A DNA stretch of 64,000 bases from an uncultured Thermus sp. (lineage in GTDB: Bacteria; Deinococcota; Deinococci; Deinococcales; Thermaceae). Every line of letters starts with the position of its first letter. Position 1 is the stretch's first letter. The notes beneath the pieces are model-generated. The model was given only the letters and a program-made list of their open reading frames with translations, was not told the origin of the DNA and searched no databases. Of this stretch, positions 1 through 11,217 are shown one piece after another. Both the position numbers and the translations under genes were made by a program. The stretch lies in contig CAMTVD010000002.1 of the NCBI GenBank assembly GCA_947085095.1, forward strand, positions 1-64,000. The letters run 5' to 3'.

Positions 1-110
1 ACCATGGCGGCCCAGAGGCGGGTTTTCTTGTGGGTCTTCGGGTCCAGGGAGAGTTCCAGCAGGAGCCGGTCCTCCTCAGGGGTCAGCTGGATCTGAAGAG
101 GGGCTGCCAT
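1..110 (-). CDS. Transposase N-terminus, HTH region (partial)
   Basis: Hand translation MAAPLQIQLTPEEDRLLLELSLDPKTHKKTRLWAAMV resembles IS630-family N-terminal HTH segments. Confidence 0.7.
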   Translation of the reverse strand, partial: MAAPLQIQLTPEEDRLLLELSLDPKTHKKTRLWAAM

Positions 111-135
111 GTTGACATGATAAGGGGTTGGCACT
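1..135 (-). mobile_element. IS630-family-like insertion sequence (left end; continues beyond window start)
   Basis: The antiporter reading frame switches abruptly at C-TA|AGTGCCAACCCC (minus strand) into unrelated sequence followed by a transposase-like ORF. A TA junction is typical of IS630. Confidence 0.75.
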
Positions 136-651
136 TAGAAACCAAACCACCCCTAGGCGCAGGAGGGGGAGGAGAAGCAAAAGGGTGGCCCAGGGGGTGA
201 CCTCTTTCGTCCCGTAAAGGGTGAGGAGGCCCACGGCCACCAGGTCCTGCAGGATGAGGATGCCGATGGCAAGCCTCCCGTGATAGGTGGTGAGCTCCTT
301 CTTGTCCTCCAGGAGCTTGGCCACCAGAACCGTGCTGGAGAAGGCCAGGGCGATGGCCAGGGGGAGGCTTTTCACCAGGAGGAGGGCCAGAAGGCTGAAG
401 AGGAGGAGGTGGATGCTCCCTACCCCCAGGACCCGGGCCTCGAGGAGGTCCTTGAGCCTCAGCTTCAGCCCCACGCTGAAGAGGAGGAGGAGCACCCCGA
501 TCTCCGCCGCGTGGTGCAGGAACTCGGTTTCGCGGAAGCCCAGGGCGTGGAGGGCGAAACCCGCCCCCAGGTACCCCACCAAGGGGGGAAGACCAAGGCG
601 GTTGGCGAGGAGGCCGAAGGCGAAGGCGACGGCTACCCAGACGGCTTCCAT
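136..651 (-). pseudogene. CPA2/Kef-type cation:proton antiporter, 5' part, interrupted by IS
   Basis: Motifs GLPPLVGYL, EIGVLLLLFSVGLKL, FSSTVLVAKLL and GILILQDL are present. Only about 172 codons precede the IS junction, far shorter than a CPA2 transporter. Confidence 0.8.
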
Positions 652-719
652 GCCCCAAGGGTAGCAAAAGAAAGGAACGGGGCGGGGGGTGTGCTTCCCC
701 CGCCCCTACACCCAAAGGG

Positions 720-1355
720 CTAGGGCTTTTCCCCCAGGGCCTGGTCCAGCAGGCTCTTCCACTCCTCGTAGGGCATGAAGCCCGTGCGCTTCTCCCCGGC
801 GATGAAGAAGGTGGGGGTCCCAGTGAGGCCCAGGTCCGTGGCCGCCTTCTGGTCGGCCAGGACCCCCTGGCGCATCCGCCCGGAGGCCAGGCAGGCCTGG
901 AAGGCCCCGGTGTCCAGGCCGAGCTGGCCCGCCAGATCCACCAGGTAGCGGTCTAGGGCCGCATCCCTAAGGCCTCCCCAGGCGCTCGCCCCCCGGAAGA
1001 GGACCTGGTGGTACTCGAGGTAGCGGCCTTGTTCCTGGGCGCAGGCGGCGGCCTCGCCCGCCCGGATCACGTGGGCCTGGCCGGGGAAGGGAAAGTCGCG
1101 GAAGAGGTAGCGCACCTTTCCGGTGTCCACGTACTCGGCCTTGAGACGAGGGAGGACGTTTAGGGCGTGCTGCTGGCAGAAGCCGCAGAGGTAGTTGGAG
1201 AAGTCCACCACCACCACGGGGGCCTCTTCCGGCCCCAGGGCGAAGCGGGCCCCCTGCGCGGGGTCCAGACCCTTTTGCCCTTTGGGAACCAGAAAAATAT
1301 AGCCCAGCCCCAGGAGGGCCAGGACCAGGACTGTGGCGACTATTGCCCGTGGCAT
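720..1355 (-). CDS. DsbA-family thioredoxin-fold protein, membrane anchored
   Basis: N-terminal TM segment, DFSNYLCGFC (CxxC), RDFP and GTPTF cis-Pro loop. Confidence 0.85.
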   Translation of the reverse strand: MPRAIVATVLVLALLGLGYIFLVPKGQKGLDPAQGARFALGPEEAPVVVVDFSNYLCGFCQQHALNVLPRLKAEYVDTGKVRYLFRDFPFPGQAHVIRAGEAAACAQEQGRYLEYHQVLFRGASAWGGLRDAALDRYLVDLAGQLGLDTGAFQACLASGRMRQGVLADQKAATDLGLTGTPTFFIAGEKRTGFMPYEEWKSLLDQALGEKP

Positions 1356-1374
1356 AGGCCCACTCTACCACGCC

Positions 1375-2723
<1,349 letters not shown>

Positions 2724-2742
2724 AGGGGTTCATGTTAGCACA

Positions 2743-5322
2743 CTAGCCGAAGAAGTCCTTGAGCTCTTCCTTGGTAACGAGGACCTCCCGCGGCTTGGAC
2801 CCCCGGGCTGGCCCCACGATGCCCATGGCCTCGAGGGCGTCCATGAGCTTCCCCGCCCGGGCGTGGCCAATAGAGAGCCTGCGCTGCAGGCGGCTCACGG
2901 AGCCGTAGCCCTCCTCCACCACGATCTCCGCCGCCTTCTTGAGGAGGGGATCGGAGAAGTCCACCTCCCCCGGGCCCGTCCCTTCGGGGGCCTTAGGGGG
3001 TTCAAGGTCCTGGGCGTAGGCCTCGGCGAAGCGGTCATCAAAGCTTTGCCCCCGGAGAAAACCGGCCAGGCGGGCCACCTCTTCCTCCGAGATGTAGGGC
3101 ACCTGCAGGCGCACGGGCTTGGGCAGGCCCGGCTGGTGGAAGAGGGCATCCCCCTGGCCAATGAGCTTCTCCGCCCCCTGGGCGTCCAGGATGGTGCGGG
3201 AGTCAAAGCCGCTGGAGACGGCGAAGGCCAGGCGGGCGGGGATGTTCACCTTGATGAGGGAGGTGAGGATGTCCACGCTGGGGCGCTGGGTGGCCAGAAC
3301 GAGGTGCATCCCTGTGGCCCGGGCCATCTGGGCCAGGCGCAGGATGGCGCTTTCCACCTCCTTGGGGGCGGTCATCATGAGGTCGGCGAGCTCGTCCACC
3401 ACGATGACCAGGTAGGGAAGAGCCTCCTCGGGGCCCACCTTGGCGTTGTACTGCTCCAGGTTCCTGGCCCCCACCCCGCTCATCATCCGGTAGCGCCTCT
3501 CCATGTGGGCCACCGCCCCTTGGAGGACCCCTGCCGCCTCCTCGGGGCTGGTCACCACCGGGCGCACCAGGTGGGGGATGCCCTCGTAGGGGGTGAGCTC
3601 CACCATCTTGGGGTCAATGAGGAGGAGGCGCAAGGATGTGGGCAGGTGTTTGTAGAGGAGGCTTGTGATCAGGGTGTTGATGGCCACGCTCTTGCCGCTT
3701 CCGGTGGAGCCGGCGATGAGGAGGTGGGGCATCCTGGCCAGGTCCTTGACCCAGATCTCCCCCTCAATGCTCTTGCCCAGGATGAGGGGGAGGAGGCCCT
3801 TGGCGTTTTGGAAAGCGGGGGAGAGGACGGCCTCGGAGAAGCGCACCAGCTCCCTTCTGGGGTTCGGCACCTCCAGGCCCACGGTGTTCTTCCCGGGAAT
3901 GGGAGCCTCAATGCGCACCGCCCCCACCGCCAGGGCCCGGGCCAGGTCGTTTTGCAGGCTCTGGATGCGGCTGATCTTCTCCCCCGGGGCGGGGAGGAGC
4001 TCGTAGCGGGTCACCGAGGGTCCCCGGGCGTGCCCCACCACTTCGGCCTGGACCCCGAAGTGCCTGAGGGTTTCCCCAATGGCCCGCTTGAGCCGCTCCG
4101 CCTCCTCCTCCAGGGCGCGGCTGGTCCCCTTGGGTTCGGGGGGGTCCAGGAGGTCCGGGGTGGGCAGGGCGAGGGTAGCCACGGCCGCCCGCGGGCTCTC
4201 TTGCCGCTTGGGTTTGGTCTCCTGGACCGGCTCGGGGAAGACCAGGTCCAGGTCAAAGGGCTCGGGCTCCACCTCCTGGGCCTCCGTGGGGAGGGTTGGG
4301 GGGGCGCCTCCCGTGAGGAGGGCGCGCAAGCCCTCGCTCTGGGCCTCGGGGTGGGCCTCCAGGAAGCGGAGCCAGCGGGAAAGCTGGGAAAAGCGCGCCT
4401 CCAGGTCCTGCAAAAGGCCGGAGACCTCCTCCCAGCGGGCCCTCCTCTCCTCCAGAAGGCGGCGGCCCTGGAGGAGGCCCTTGGGGCTTGGGTGGACCCG
4501 GGGGAGGGCGTGGAGGGCCTTGAGGCGGGCCCTTAGGGCCTGGGCCTCCAGGAGGAGGGCGGCCCGCCTCTCCTCCAGGGCGTCCCTTAGGGGGCCTTCC
4601 CCGGGGATGGGGTTCTTCAGGCCCTGGAGGAGGGCCTCCAGCTTGGGCTCTAGGGGCCTTTGCGTTTCCGAAAGGCGCTTTTCCAACTCCCGGGCCCTTT
4701 CCTCCAGGAAGGCCTTGAGGGCCTTGTCCACCTCGGGAAGCTCTCCCGGGGAAAGGTCCTTTCCCAGGGTCTTGAGGGCGGTGTGCTCGGGGTAGAGGCG
4801 GGCGAGGTGGGCGATCCGGGCCCGGAGGAGGAGGGTCTTGATCCTGTAGCGGGCTTGCCGCACCCCTTCCACCCCCAGGCGAAGGAGGGTGAGGAGGAGG
4901 TGAAAGGGGCGCTTTCCCATCCAGAGGTCCAGGACCAGGCTGGCGAGGAGGGGAGGGAGGAGGAGGCCCAGGACCCCCGCCTGGACCTCGAGGGCCTGCC
5001 TCCAGAGAAGGCCCAGCCGGCCCGAGAGGGGGCCCAAAAGGGGGGTGAGGGCTAAGGCCAGAAGGTGGGCGAAGAGGAGGTGGCGGAGGAAGGGCTTCAG
5101 GGGATGGTGGCGGTAAAGGGCGTAGGCCAGAAGGAAGAGGGCGAAGGGCACCAGATAGGCGGGAAGCCCCAGGAGGCGGTAGAAGTGTTCCCGCACGGAT
5201 TCCCCCAGGAGGGCGGTGGGGAGGAGGAGGGGGGCAAGGAGGAAGAAGCCCAACGCCCCGAGAAAAGCGGCCCAGGCCTCGAGGTCGCGGTTGGGCTTGG
5301 CAGCGGGCTTCCGCTTAGCCAT
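2743..5322 (-). CDS. ftsK: DNA translocase FtsK
   Basis: N-terminal TMs, Walker [23 protein letters not shown] and C-terminal gamma domain. Start chosen 7 nt after TATAAT. Confidence 0.95.
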   Translation of the reverse strand: MAKRKPAAKPNRDLEAWAAFLGALGFFLLAPLLLPTALLGESVREHFYRLLGLPAYLVPFALFLLAYALYRHHPLKPFLRHLLFAHLLALALTPLLGPLSGRLGLLWRQALEVQAGVLGLLLPPLLASLVLDLWMGKRPFHLLLTLLRLGVEGVRQARYRIKTLLLRARIAHLARLYPEHTALKTLGKDLSPGELPEVDKALKAFLEERARELEKRLSETQRPLEPKLEALLQGLKNPIPGEGPLRDALEERRAALLLEAQALRARLKALHALPRVHPSPKGLLQGRRLLEERRARWEEVSGLLQDLEARFSQLSRWLRFLEAHPEAQSEGLRALLTGGAPPTLPTEAQEVEPEPFDLDLVFPEPVQETKPKRQESPRAAVATLALPTPDLLDPPEPKGTSRALEEEAERLKRAIGETLRHFGVQAEVVGHARGPSVTRYELLPAPGEKISRIQSLQNDLARALAVGAVRIEAPIPGKNTVGLEVPNPRRELVRFSEAVLSPAFQNAKGLLPLILGKSIEGEIWVKDLARMPHLLIAGSTGSGKSVAINTLITSLLYKHLPTSLRLLLIDPKMVELTPYEGIPHLVRPVVTSPEEAAGVLQGAVAHMERRYRMMSGVGARNLEQYNAKVGPEEALPYLVIVVDELADLMMTAPKEVESAILRLAQMARATGMHLVLATQRPSVDILTSLIKVNIPARLAFAVSSGFDSRTILDAQGAEKLIGQGDALFHQPGLPKPVRLQVPYISEEEVARLAGFLRGQSFDDRFAEAYAQDLEPPKAPEGTGPGEVDFSDPLLKKAAEIVVEEGYGSVSRLQRRLSIGHARAGKLMDALEAMGIVGPARGSKPREVLVTKEELKDFFG

Positions 5323-5383
5323 CGGAGGCATTATATAAAGCCCCCCGGGGAAAAGGGATGCCCCGGGGGAAGGAAGGAAGGGG

Positions 5384-5875
5384 CTAGCGCTTGAGTTCCC
5401 GGATGACCGCCTGGGTGAGGTCGGTGTCCTCGTCGGCGTAGACCACCAGGCCGGACTGGGCGGCCACCTGGCGGCTCATGACCACGGCGAAGCCCTGGGC
5501 CTTGGCCACCTTGGCGATGGCCGCGTCCACGTCCTCGAGGATGGGCTTCAGCAGGGTGTTCTGCCGGTCCTGCCACTTCTTCAGGGTGTCCTGGTAGCTC
5601 TTCATCAGGGCCTCGTAATCCTGCCGCTCCTTGGCGCTGGCCTGGCCAGCGCGCACCTTCTGGTCCAGGGGCTTGAGCCTCTCCTCCAGGGGGGAAAGCT
5701 CCTTGCGGGCCTGGGCCTGGAGGTCCTGCACCTTCTTGTACTCGGGGTGGGCCTGGACCAGGGCATCCGCGTCCACGAAGCCGATGCGGGTGGCCACGTT
5801 CCGGTTCTGGGCCAGCATGGGGGTGAGGAGGGTGCCGAGGGCCAGGAAGAGGGCCGCTAAGGGAAGCCACTTCAT
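5384..5875 (-). CDS. skp: OmpH/Skp outer-membrane chaperone
   Basis: Signal peptide, RIGFVD, coiled coil and C-terminal DLTQAVI. Confidence 0.85.
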   Translation of the reverse strand: MKWLPLAALFLALGTLLTPMLAQNRNVATRIGFVDADALVQAHPEYKKVQDLQAQARKELSPLEERLKPLDQKVRAGQASAKERQDYEALMKSYQDTLKKWQDRQNTLLKPILEDVDAAIAKVAKAQGFAVVMSRQVAAQSGLVVYADEDTDLTQAVIRELKR

Positions 5876-5972
5876 AGGGCCAAGCTTACGGGCCAAGGGT
5901 TAGCCGGAGGTGAGAAGAGGCTTCCTTCCCTTTGAGGGGGGGAGGGAGTAGGATGCCTTAGGAGGTGGCGGG

Positions 5973-6413
5973 ATGCGCAAGACCCTGGTTCTTCTCACCC
6001 TTTTGGCCCTAGGCGGCATGGGCCTGGCCCAGCGGGCGGTCACCTTCCGCCTATCCCTGCCCCCGGCGGGGCTGGGGCTTGGCCTCGAGGCCCCTCTGGA
6101 ACGCAACCTGGCCTTCCGGGGCTATCTGGACCTCTTCCCCGCGGGCCCCAGCTTCTTGGCGGCAGGAGAGGTCCTCTTCAAGCCGGACCTGGGCCAGGTG
6201 GACCGCGACCTGAGGGGCATCCGCCCCTACTTCGGCGGGGGGTTGGGCATGCTCCTCCCCGGTGGGGGGAACGCCGATTTGGGCCTCCAGCTCTCCTTGG
6301 GGGTGGAGTTCCTCCTTGACCCCCGCACCGGCTTCTTCGTGGATGGGGAGTACTTCTACGCCTTTGGCGGCGGGCGTTTCGGCCGCACGGTGATCGGGGC
6401 CAACCTGCGTTAG
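5973..6413 (+). CDS. Secreted small beta-barrel-like outer-membrane protein
   Basis: SD GGAGG, signal peptide and alternating hydrophobic beta strands (RPYFGGGLG, FFVDGEY). Confidence 0.65.
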   Translation: MRKTLVLLTLLALGGMGLAQRAVTFRLSLPPAGLGLGLEAPLERNLAFRGYLDLFPAGPSFLAAGEVLFKPDLGQVDRDLRGIRPYFGGGLGMLLPGGGNADLGLQLSLGVEFLLDPRTGFFVDGEYFYAFGGGRFGRTVIGANLR

Positions 6414-6499
6414 CCCCAGACCTTCCTCCCCCGTCCGGGATCCCCGGATGGGGACATTTTTCACCGGGGACCAGGATAGACTGGAATCGGAGGTGGAAC

Positions 6500-7132
6500 A
6501 TGCTGGTCAGGGACTGGATGACCAAGGACCCCCTCACCGTGAGCCCGGATACCCCGGTATTGGAGGCCATCAACCTGTTGAAGCAGAAGAAGTTCCGCCG
6601 CCTTCCGGTGGTGAAGAACGGGAAGCTCTTGGGCCTGGTGACGGATAAGGACCTCAAGGACGCCATGCCCTCCAAGGCCACCACCCTCTCCGTGTGGGAG
6701 ATGAACTACCTCCTTTCCAAGCTCACGGTGGAGGAGGTGATGGCCAAGCCCGTCATCACCATCGGGGCGGATGAGCCCCTGGAAAAGGCGGCCTTGATCA
6801 TGGAGGAGAAGAAGATCGGCGGCCTCCCGGTGATGGAGGGGGAGAAGCTGGTGGGCATCATCACCGTCACCGACGTCCTCAAGGCCTTCATTGAGGTCCT
6901 GGGGCTTAGGCTCGGGGGTCTGCGCATCACCGTGGACGTGCCCGACGTGCCCGGGGCCCTGGCCCAGATGGCCCAGGCGGTCCCCCCGGCCAACATCGTC
7001 TCCATCGCCACCGCCCTGCACCTGGAAGGCTACCAGCGCCTGGTCATCCGGGTGGTGGGGGAGGACGTGAATCGGGTCCCTGAGCGGCTCAGGGCCGCTG
7101 GGGAGCGGGTGGTGGACGTGCGCCCGGGCTAG
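6500..7132 (+). CDS. CBS-pair + ACT domain protein (AcuB-like)
   Basis: Two CBS repeats (VRDWMT, RRLPVV, GGLPV, GIIT) and a C-terminal ACT domain (DVPGALA). Confidence 0.9.
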   Translation: MLVRDWMTKDPLTVSPDTPVLEAINLLKQKKFRRLPVVKNGKLLGLVTDKDLKDAMPSKATTLSVWEMNYLLSKLTVEEVMAKPVITIGADEPLEKAALIMEEKKIGGLPVMEGEKLVGIITVTDVLKAFIEVLGLRLGGLRITVDVPDVPGALAQMAQAVPPANIVSIATALHLEGYQRLVIRVVGEDVNRVPERLRAAGERVVDVRPG

Positions 7133-7950
7133 ACCCCGTTTTTGTGGGCGGGGTAGGAGCCCAGCACCTTTAAGAAGGCGGCCCGGCGAAGGAGGGCGAG
7201 GAGGGCCTGGGCAGGCCCCTGCTCCTCCACGTGCCCCTCGAGGTCCAGGTAGAAGAGGTAGCTGAAGGGCTTGTCCCGCCGGGGCCTGGACTCCAGCTTG
7301 GTGAGGTTCACCCCCGCTTCGGCGAAGACCGTCAGGGCCTCCAGAAGCCCCCCGGGCCGGTGGCGCACGGCGAAGACGATGCTGGTCTTGTGGGGGCCTT
7401 CCCCCTTTTTTGCCTCTTCCCGGCCGATGACGAAGAAGCGGGTGTAGTTGTGGGGGTAGTCCTCAATGTTCTCCGCCAGCACCTCCAGGCCGTAAAGCTC
7501 CGCGGCCCGCCTCGAGGCGATGGCCCCCACCCCTGGCTCCGGGGCCTCCGCCAGGCTCCTCGCCGCCCCGGCGGTGTCGTAGACGGGGATGGGAGTGAGG
7601 CGCATCCGGGCCAGGAAGCCGTCGCACTGGGCCAGGGCCTGGGGGTGGCTCTTCACCGCCCTCAGGTCCTTGAGCTCCGTGCCCTTGGGGGCCAGGAGGC
7701 AGTGCTCCACCCGGTGGACGATCTCCCCCACCACGTGGAGGTCGCTTTCCAGGAGGAGATCGTAGGTCTGGTTGATGCTGCCCGCGGTGGTGTTCTCCAC
7801 GGGCACCACCCCGAGCTCCGCCTCCCCCCCCTCCACCGCCTCAAAGACCTGGTGGAAGGTGGGAAAGCCTAGGGGCAAGGCCCCGGGAAAGGTCTTGAGC
7901 AGGGCCTCCTCGCTGTAGGCCCCTTCGGTGCCCTGGAAGGCGATCCTCAT
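7129..7950 (-). CDS. pheA: Prephenate dehydratase
   Basis: IAFQGTEGAYSE, PVENT, SHPQALAQC, NYTRF and LTKLESRP. Confidence 0.95.
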   Translation of the reverse strand: MRIAFQGTEGAYSEEALLKTFPGALPLGFPTFHQVFEAVEGGEAELGVVPVENTTAGSINQTYDLLLESDLHVVGEIVHRVEHCLLAPKGTELKDLRAVKSHPQALAQCDGFLARMRLTPIPVYDTAGAARSLAEAPEPGVGAIASRRAAELYGLEVLAENIEDYPHNYTRFFVIGREEAKKGEGPHKTSIVFAVRHRPGGLLEALTVFAEAGVNLTKLESRPRRDKPFSYLFYLDLEGHVEEQGPAQALLALLRRAAFLKVLGSYPAHKNGV

Positions 7951-8007
7951 ATCCTCTATGGTACATAGCCCTTTCCCGTTGTGGCTCCCTTCGTTAGCAT
8001 GGGCTTG

Positions 8008-8748
8008 GTGGCGAAGCTCTTGGTGGTGGACGACGATCCTAGGATCCGCTACCTCCTCGAGGTGCTCCTCGCTGGCTCGGGCCACGAGGTGGTTCTGGCG
8101 GAGAACGCCAAGGCGGCCCTGGAATACCTGAGGCGGGAAACCCCGGACCTCATCGTCCTGGACATCATGATGCCGGACATGGACGGCCTCACCCTCCTGG
8201 GCCGCATCCGGGCGGTGCGGCGGCTTTTCAAGGTGCCGGTGATCCTCTTCACTGGCGGCGGGCGGGAGCTGGAGGGGGCGGGAAAGGCGCTGGGGGCTGA
8301 CCTCTTCCTGGAAAAACCCATCGCTGGCCGCAGGCTAAAGCAGGCGGTGGAGGGCCTCCTTTCCCGGGAGGGGTACCTTCTCCCGGGCGGGGAGCGGGTG
8401 GCCTCCTTGGAGGAGGTGCGGGACCGCCTGGTCCAGGTCCTGCCCGAGGAGGGCCGCTACAAGGTCTTGTGGCGGAGGACTCCAAGCCGCCGGGCCCTCC
8501 TGGCCAACCTGGTGGCCAAGGGCTGGACCGAGGCCCTGTTGCGCCGGATCCTCCCAGGGGAATACGACCTTTACGATATCCTGGGCCATCTGGCCTATGG
8601 GTGGCCCCTCGTGCCCATTGGGGAGCGGGCTTCCCGGGCCCGGGATCCCCGCTTCGCCGAGGCCCTGCAGGCCTACCTCAAGGCCAAGCGGCTCCCCCTC
8701 GAGGGCGACGGCCTGGTGGAAGAGCTGGCCTCCCTTCTCTATGCTTGA
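8008..8748 (+). CDS. Response regulator receiver fused to an EcoEI-R C-terminal-like domain
   Basis: Receiver motifs VVDDD, LDIMMP and EKP. C-terminal YDLYDILGHLAYG..ERA..LLYA. Confidence 0.8.
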   Translation: MAKLLVVDDDPRIRYLLEVLLAGSGHEVVLAENAKAALEYLRRETPDLIVLDIMMPDMDGLTLLGRIRAVRRLFKVPVILFTGGGRELEGAGKALGADLFLEKPIAGRRLKQAVEGLLSREGYLLPGGERVASLEEVRDRLVQVLPEEGRYKVLWRRTPSRRALLANLVAKGWTEALLRRILPGEYDLYDILGHLAYGWPLVPIGERASRARDPRFAEALQAYLKAKRLPLEGDGLVEELASLLYA

Positions 8749-8751
8749 GGG

Positions 8752-9774
8752 GTGCCGGAGCTTCTAGAGATCACGGAACCCGAGGCCTGGAACCGCCTGG
8801 TGGCGGGCTTCCCCATCACCAGCGCCCTGCAGTCCTGGGGCTGGGGGGAGGTCAAGCGCCTTTCCGGGTGGGAACCGAGGCGCCTTTTGGTCCAGGAAGG
8901 GGGAGTGCCCCTGGGAGCGGCCCAGGTGCTCCTAAGACCCCTCCCTGGGGGCCTCCGCCTGGCCTACGCCCCCAGGGGGCCCGCCCTTCGCCGCCTGGAG
9001 GACCTCCCCCGGGTGGCCCGGGCCCTGGCCCAGGGGGTGAGGGGCACCCACCTGCTCCTGGAACCGGAGGCCGGGCTTCCCGCCGAGGAGGCCCAGCCCC
9101 TCTTCCCCGGCCTTCTCCCGGAAGAGCCCATCCAGCCTGGCCACACCCTTTGGCTGGACCTCACCCAAGGGGAGGAGGCCCTTCTAAAGGGCATGAAGGA
9201 GATGCACCGCAGGAACGCCCGCCTGGCCCTGAAGCGGGTGGAGCTTTCCATAGAAGGGGAAGAGGCCTTCCCCGAGTTCTTCCGCCTCTTTGAGGAGACC
9301 AACCGCCGGGCCAGGCTCCTTCAGCATGCCGAGGCCTACTACCGAGCCGTTTTCAAGGAGATGAACCAGCCCCAGGGTGAGGCTTTCCTGGCCCTGGCCC
9401 GCAAAGATGGGGAAGCCCTGGCGGCGGGCCTCTTCGTGGCCTTTGCCGGCAAGGTGGACTACCTCTATGGGGGGAGTGGCCGGAAGCACCCGGAGGCCAA
9501 GGCCCCCATGGGGATGCACCTGGCCGCCATCCGCCACGGGATCGCTCGGGGCTACAGGATCTACGACCTCTGGGGGATTCCCAGGACCCCGGAGGGTAGC
9601 CATGCGGAGGGCATCTGGCGCTTCAAGGAGGGGTTTGGGGGGACAAGGGTGCGCTTCCCCGCCTACACCCTACCCCTTTCCCCCTTCTACCGCCCCCTAA
9701 AGGTCCTTTTGCGCCTGCGCAAGACCTGGCTGAACCTCAGGGTGCGGGGGAACCCTCGGGATGTCTTGGGATAG
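8752..9774 (+). CDS. FemAB/FemX-family lipid II aminoacyltransferase
   Basis: LQSWGWGEVK, YAPRGP, YDLWGI and GIWRFKEGFGG. Confidence 0.9.
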   Translation: MPELLEITEPEAWNRLVAGFPITSALQSWGWGEVKRLSGWEPRRLLVQEGGVPLGAAQVLLRPLPGGLRLAYAPRGPALRRLEDLPRVARALAQGVRGTHLLLEPEAGLPAEEAQPLFPGLLPEEPIQPGHTLWLDLTQGEEALLKGMKEMHRRNARLALKRVELSIEGEEAFPEFFRLFEETNRRARLLQHAEAYYRAVFKEMNQPQGEAFLALARKDGEALAAGLFVAFAGKVDYLYGGSGRKHPEAKAPMGMHLAAIRHGIARGYRIYDLWGIPRTPEGSHAEGIWRFKEGFGGTRVRFPAYTLPLSPFYRPLKVLLRLRKTWLNLRVRGNPRDVLG

Positions 9775-9814
9775 CCATCATGTTTCTCAAGGGGGATGGG
9801 CTAAGGTAAAGGGC

Positions 9815-10363
9815 GTGGCCCGCCTTCTCCTCCTTCTCCTGGCCCTTGCCTGGCTCCTCCTCCTCGTCCGCCCACCCCAGGCCCCGGAGGTGCGGCCCGG
9901 GGTGCGCCTCATGGGGGTGGAGTTCACCCTCTTCCCCGAGGAGGAAGGGGTGGAGTGGCGGTTTCGGGCGGAGGAGATGGTGGAGGAGAGCGGGGTCTTC
10001 CGCATCCGGGGGGGGCTTTCCGGGGCCCGGTACGTGGAGGGGCGGCTGGATCTGCGCCTTTTCGCCCCCGAGGTGGTGGTGGAGGTGGGGGACAACCTCC
10101 GCGCCCCCTTCGCCCGGGTGGAGATCCTCAAGGGGTGCTACCGCCTGGAGCTTTCCGCCCCGGGGAAGGGGGAGGTGCTCATCCGGCAAAAGGAGGGCTT
10201 TCTGGCCCCCTGGGTGCGGATAGAGGCCCCAAACCTCCGGGGGGAGGCCCTGGACTTCCGGGCGGACTTCGCCCTGGAGAGGATAGAAGCGGCAAGCCCG
10301 CGGTTTGAGTTTCCCGCAGGGGGGAGGTTCGGCCCCTGCACCGTGGAAGGAGGTAGCGCGTGA
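9815..10363 (+). CDS. LptC-like membrane-anchored beta-jellyroll protein
   Basis: N-terminal TM, EWRFRAEE pattern, and position ahead of LptA-like genes. Confidence 0.55.
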   Translation: MARLLLLLLALAWLLLLVRPPQAPEVRPGVRLMGVEFTLFPEEEGVEWRFRAEEMVEESGVFRIRGGLSGARYVEGRLDLRLFAPEVVVEVGDNLRAPFARVEILKGCYRLELSAPGKGEVLIRQKEGFLAPWVRIEAPNLRGEALDFRADFALERIEAASPRFEFPAGGRFGPCTVEGGSA

Positions 10364-11217
10364 AGCGAATGACCCTGTTGTTGCTCCTGGGTGTGGCCCT
10401 GGCGGCCTCCGGCGTGCGCATCATCCAGGTGGAGGGGGGGAGGCTTTCCGGGGACCTGCGCTACGGCCCCTGGACCTTTGAGGGGGGGGTAAGGGGACGG
10501 GTCAAGGACCTGGAGATCCAGGCCCCCAGGGCTACCCTCACCGCCCCCAGGGGCAGGACCATGCAGGAGGCGGAAGGGGAGAGGGAGGCCCGCTTTGAGG
10601 GGGGCGTGGTGGCCAGGCGAGGCCGGGTGGAGGCCCGGGGGCCAGCCTTGGTTTACCGGGAAAAGACGGGGGAAGGGGAGCTTTTGGGCCCGGCGAGGAT
10701 GCGCCAGGAGCCCAAGCCCGGCGAGGACCCCGTGGAGGTGGAGGCCAGCCGCATGACCTTCCAGGTGGACACGGACACCTCTACCAGCGAAAACGCCCTG
10801 CTAAGGAGTGGCAACCAGGAGGGCCGGGCGGGCTTCGTCTACTACGAGGAGGAGAAGGGCCTAGCCGTCTTCACCGACCCCAAGGAGGTGGTCCTCCTCC
10901 GCAAGCGCAGGGAGGGGGACCTGGTGATCCGGGCCAGGGAGGTGCGGAGCCTCACCGGGTCCAAGAAGCTGATCGCCACCGGGGGGGTGAGGTTGCAGGA
11001 CGGGGACCTGGTGACCACAGGGGACAGCCTCTACTACGATGACAACACGGGGGAGGCCATCGTCTTGGGTAGGCCCGCGGTGAGCGAGAACAAGAAGGAG
11101 GGCTTCCGCCTCTCGGGCTCCACCCTGCTCCACAACGTGAACCGTCACCAGGTCAGGGTCTACGGAAGGGCCTTCCGCCTTCCCCTGGAGGAGTTTAGGC
11201 GACTTGGGGAGAAGTAG
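10360..11217 (+). CDS. LptA/OstA-family protein
   Basis: Signal peptide and repeated OstA-type strands (ATGGVRLQDG..TGDSLYYD..GEAIVLG). Confidence 0.75.
   Translation: MKRMTLLLLLGVALAASGVRIIQVEGGRLSGDLRYGPWTFEGGVRGRVKDLEIQAPRATLTAPRGRTMQEAEGEREARFEGGVVARRGRVEARGPALVYREKTGEGELLGPARMRQEPKPGEDPVEVEASRMTFQVDTDTSTSENALLRSGNQEGRAGFVYYEEEKGLAVFTDPKEVVLLRKRREGDLVIRAREVRSLTGSKKLIATGGVRLQDGDLVTTGDSLYYDDNTGEAIVLGRPAVSENKKEGFRLSGSTLLHNVNRHQVRVYGRAFRLPLEEFRRLGEK

Noticed and set aside
76..135. C-terminal tail SANPLSCQHG... of the antiporter as a real short protein
   Set aside because: It is read-through into the IS end.
2863..4536. 557-aa plus-strand ORF, and similar long ones (41365-43176, 53499-54917, 59701-60897)
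   Set aside because: Antisense shadows of well-supported genes; high GC3 removes stop codons on the opposite strand.
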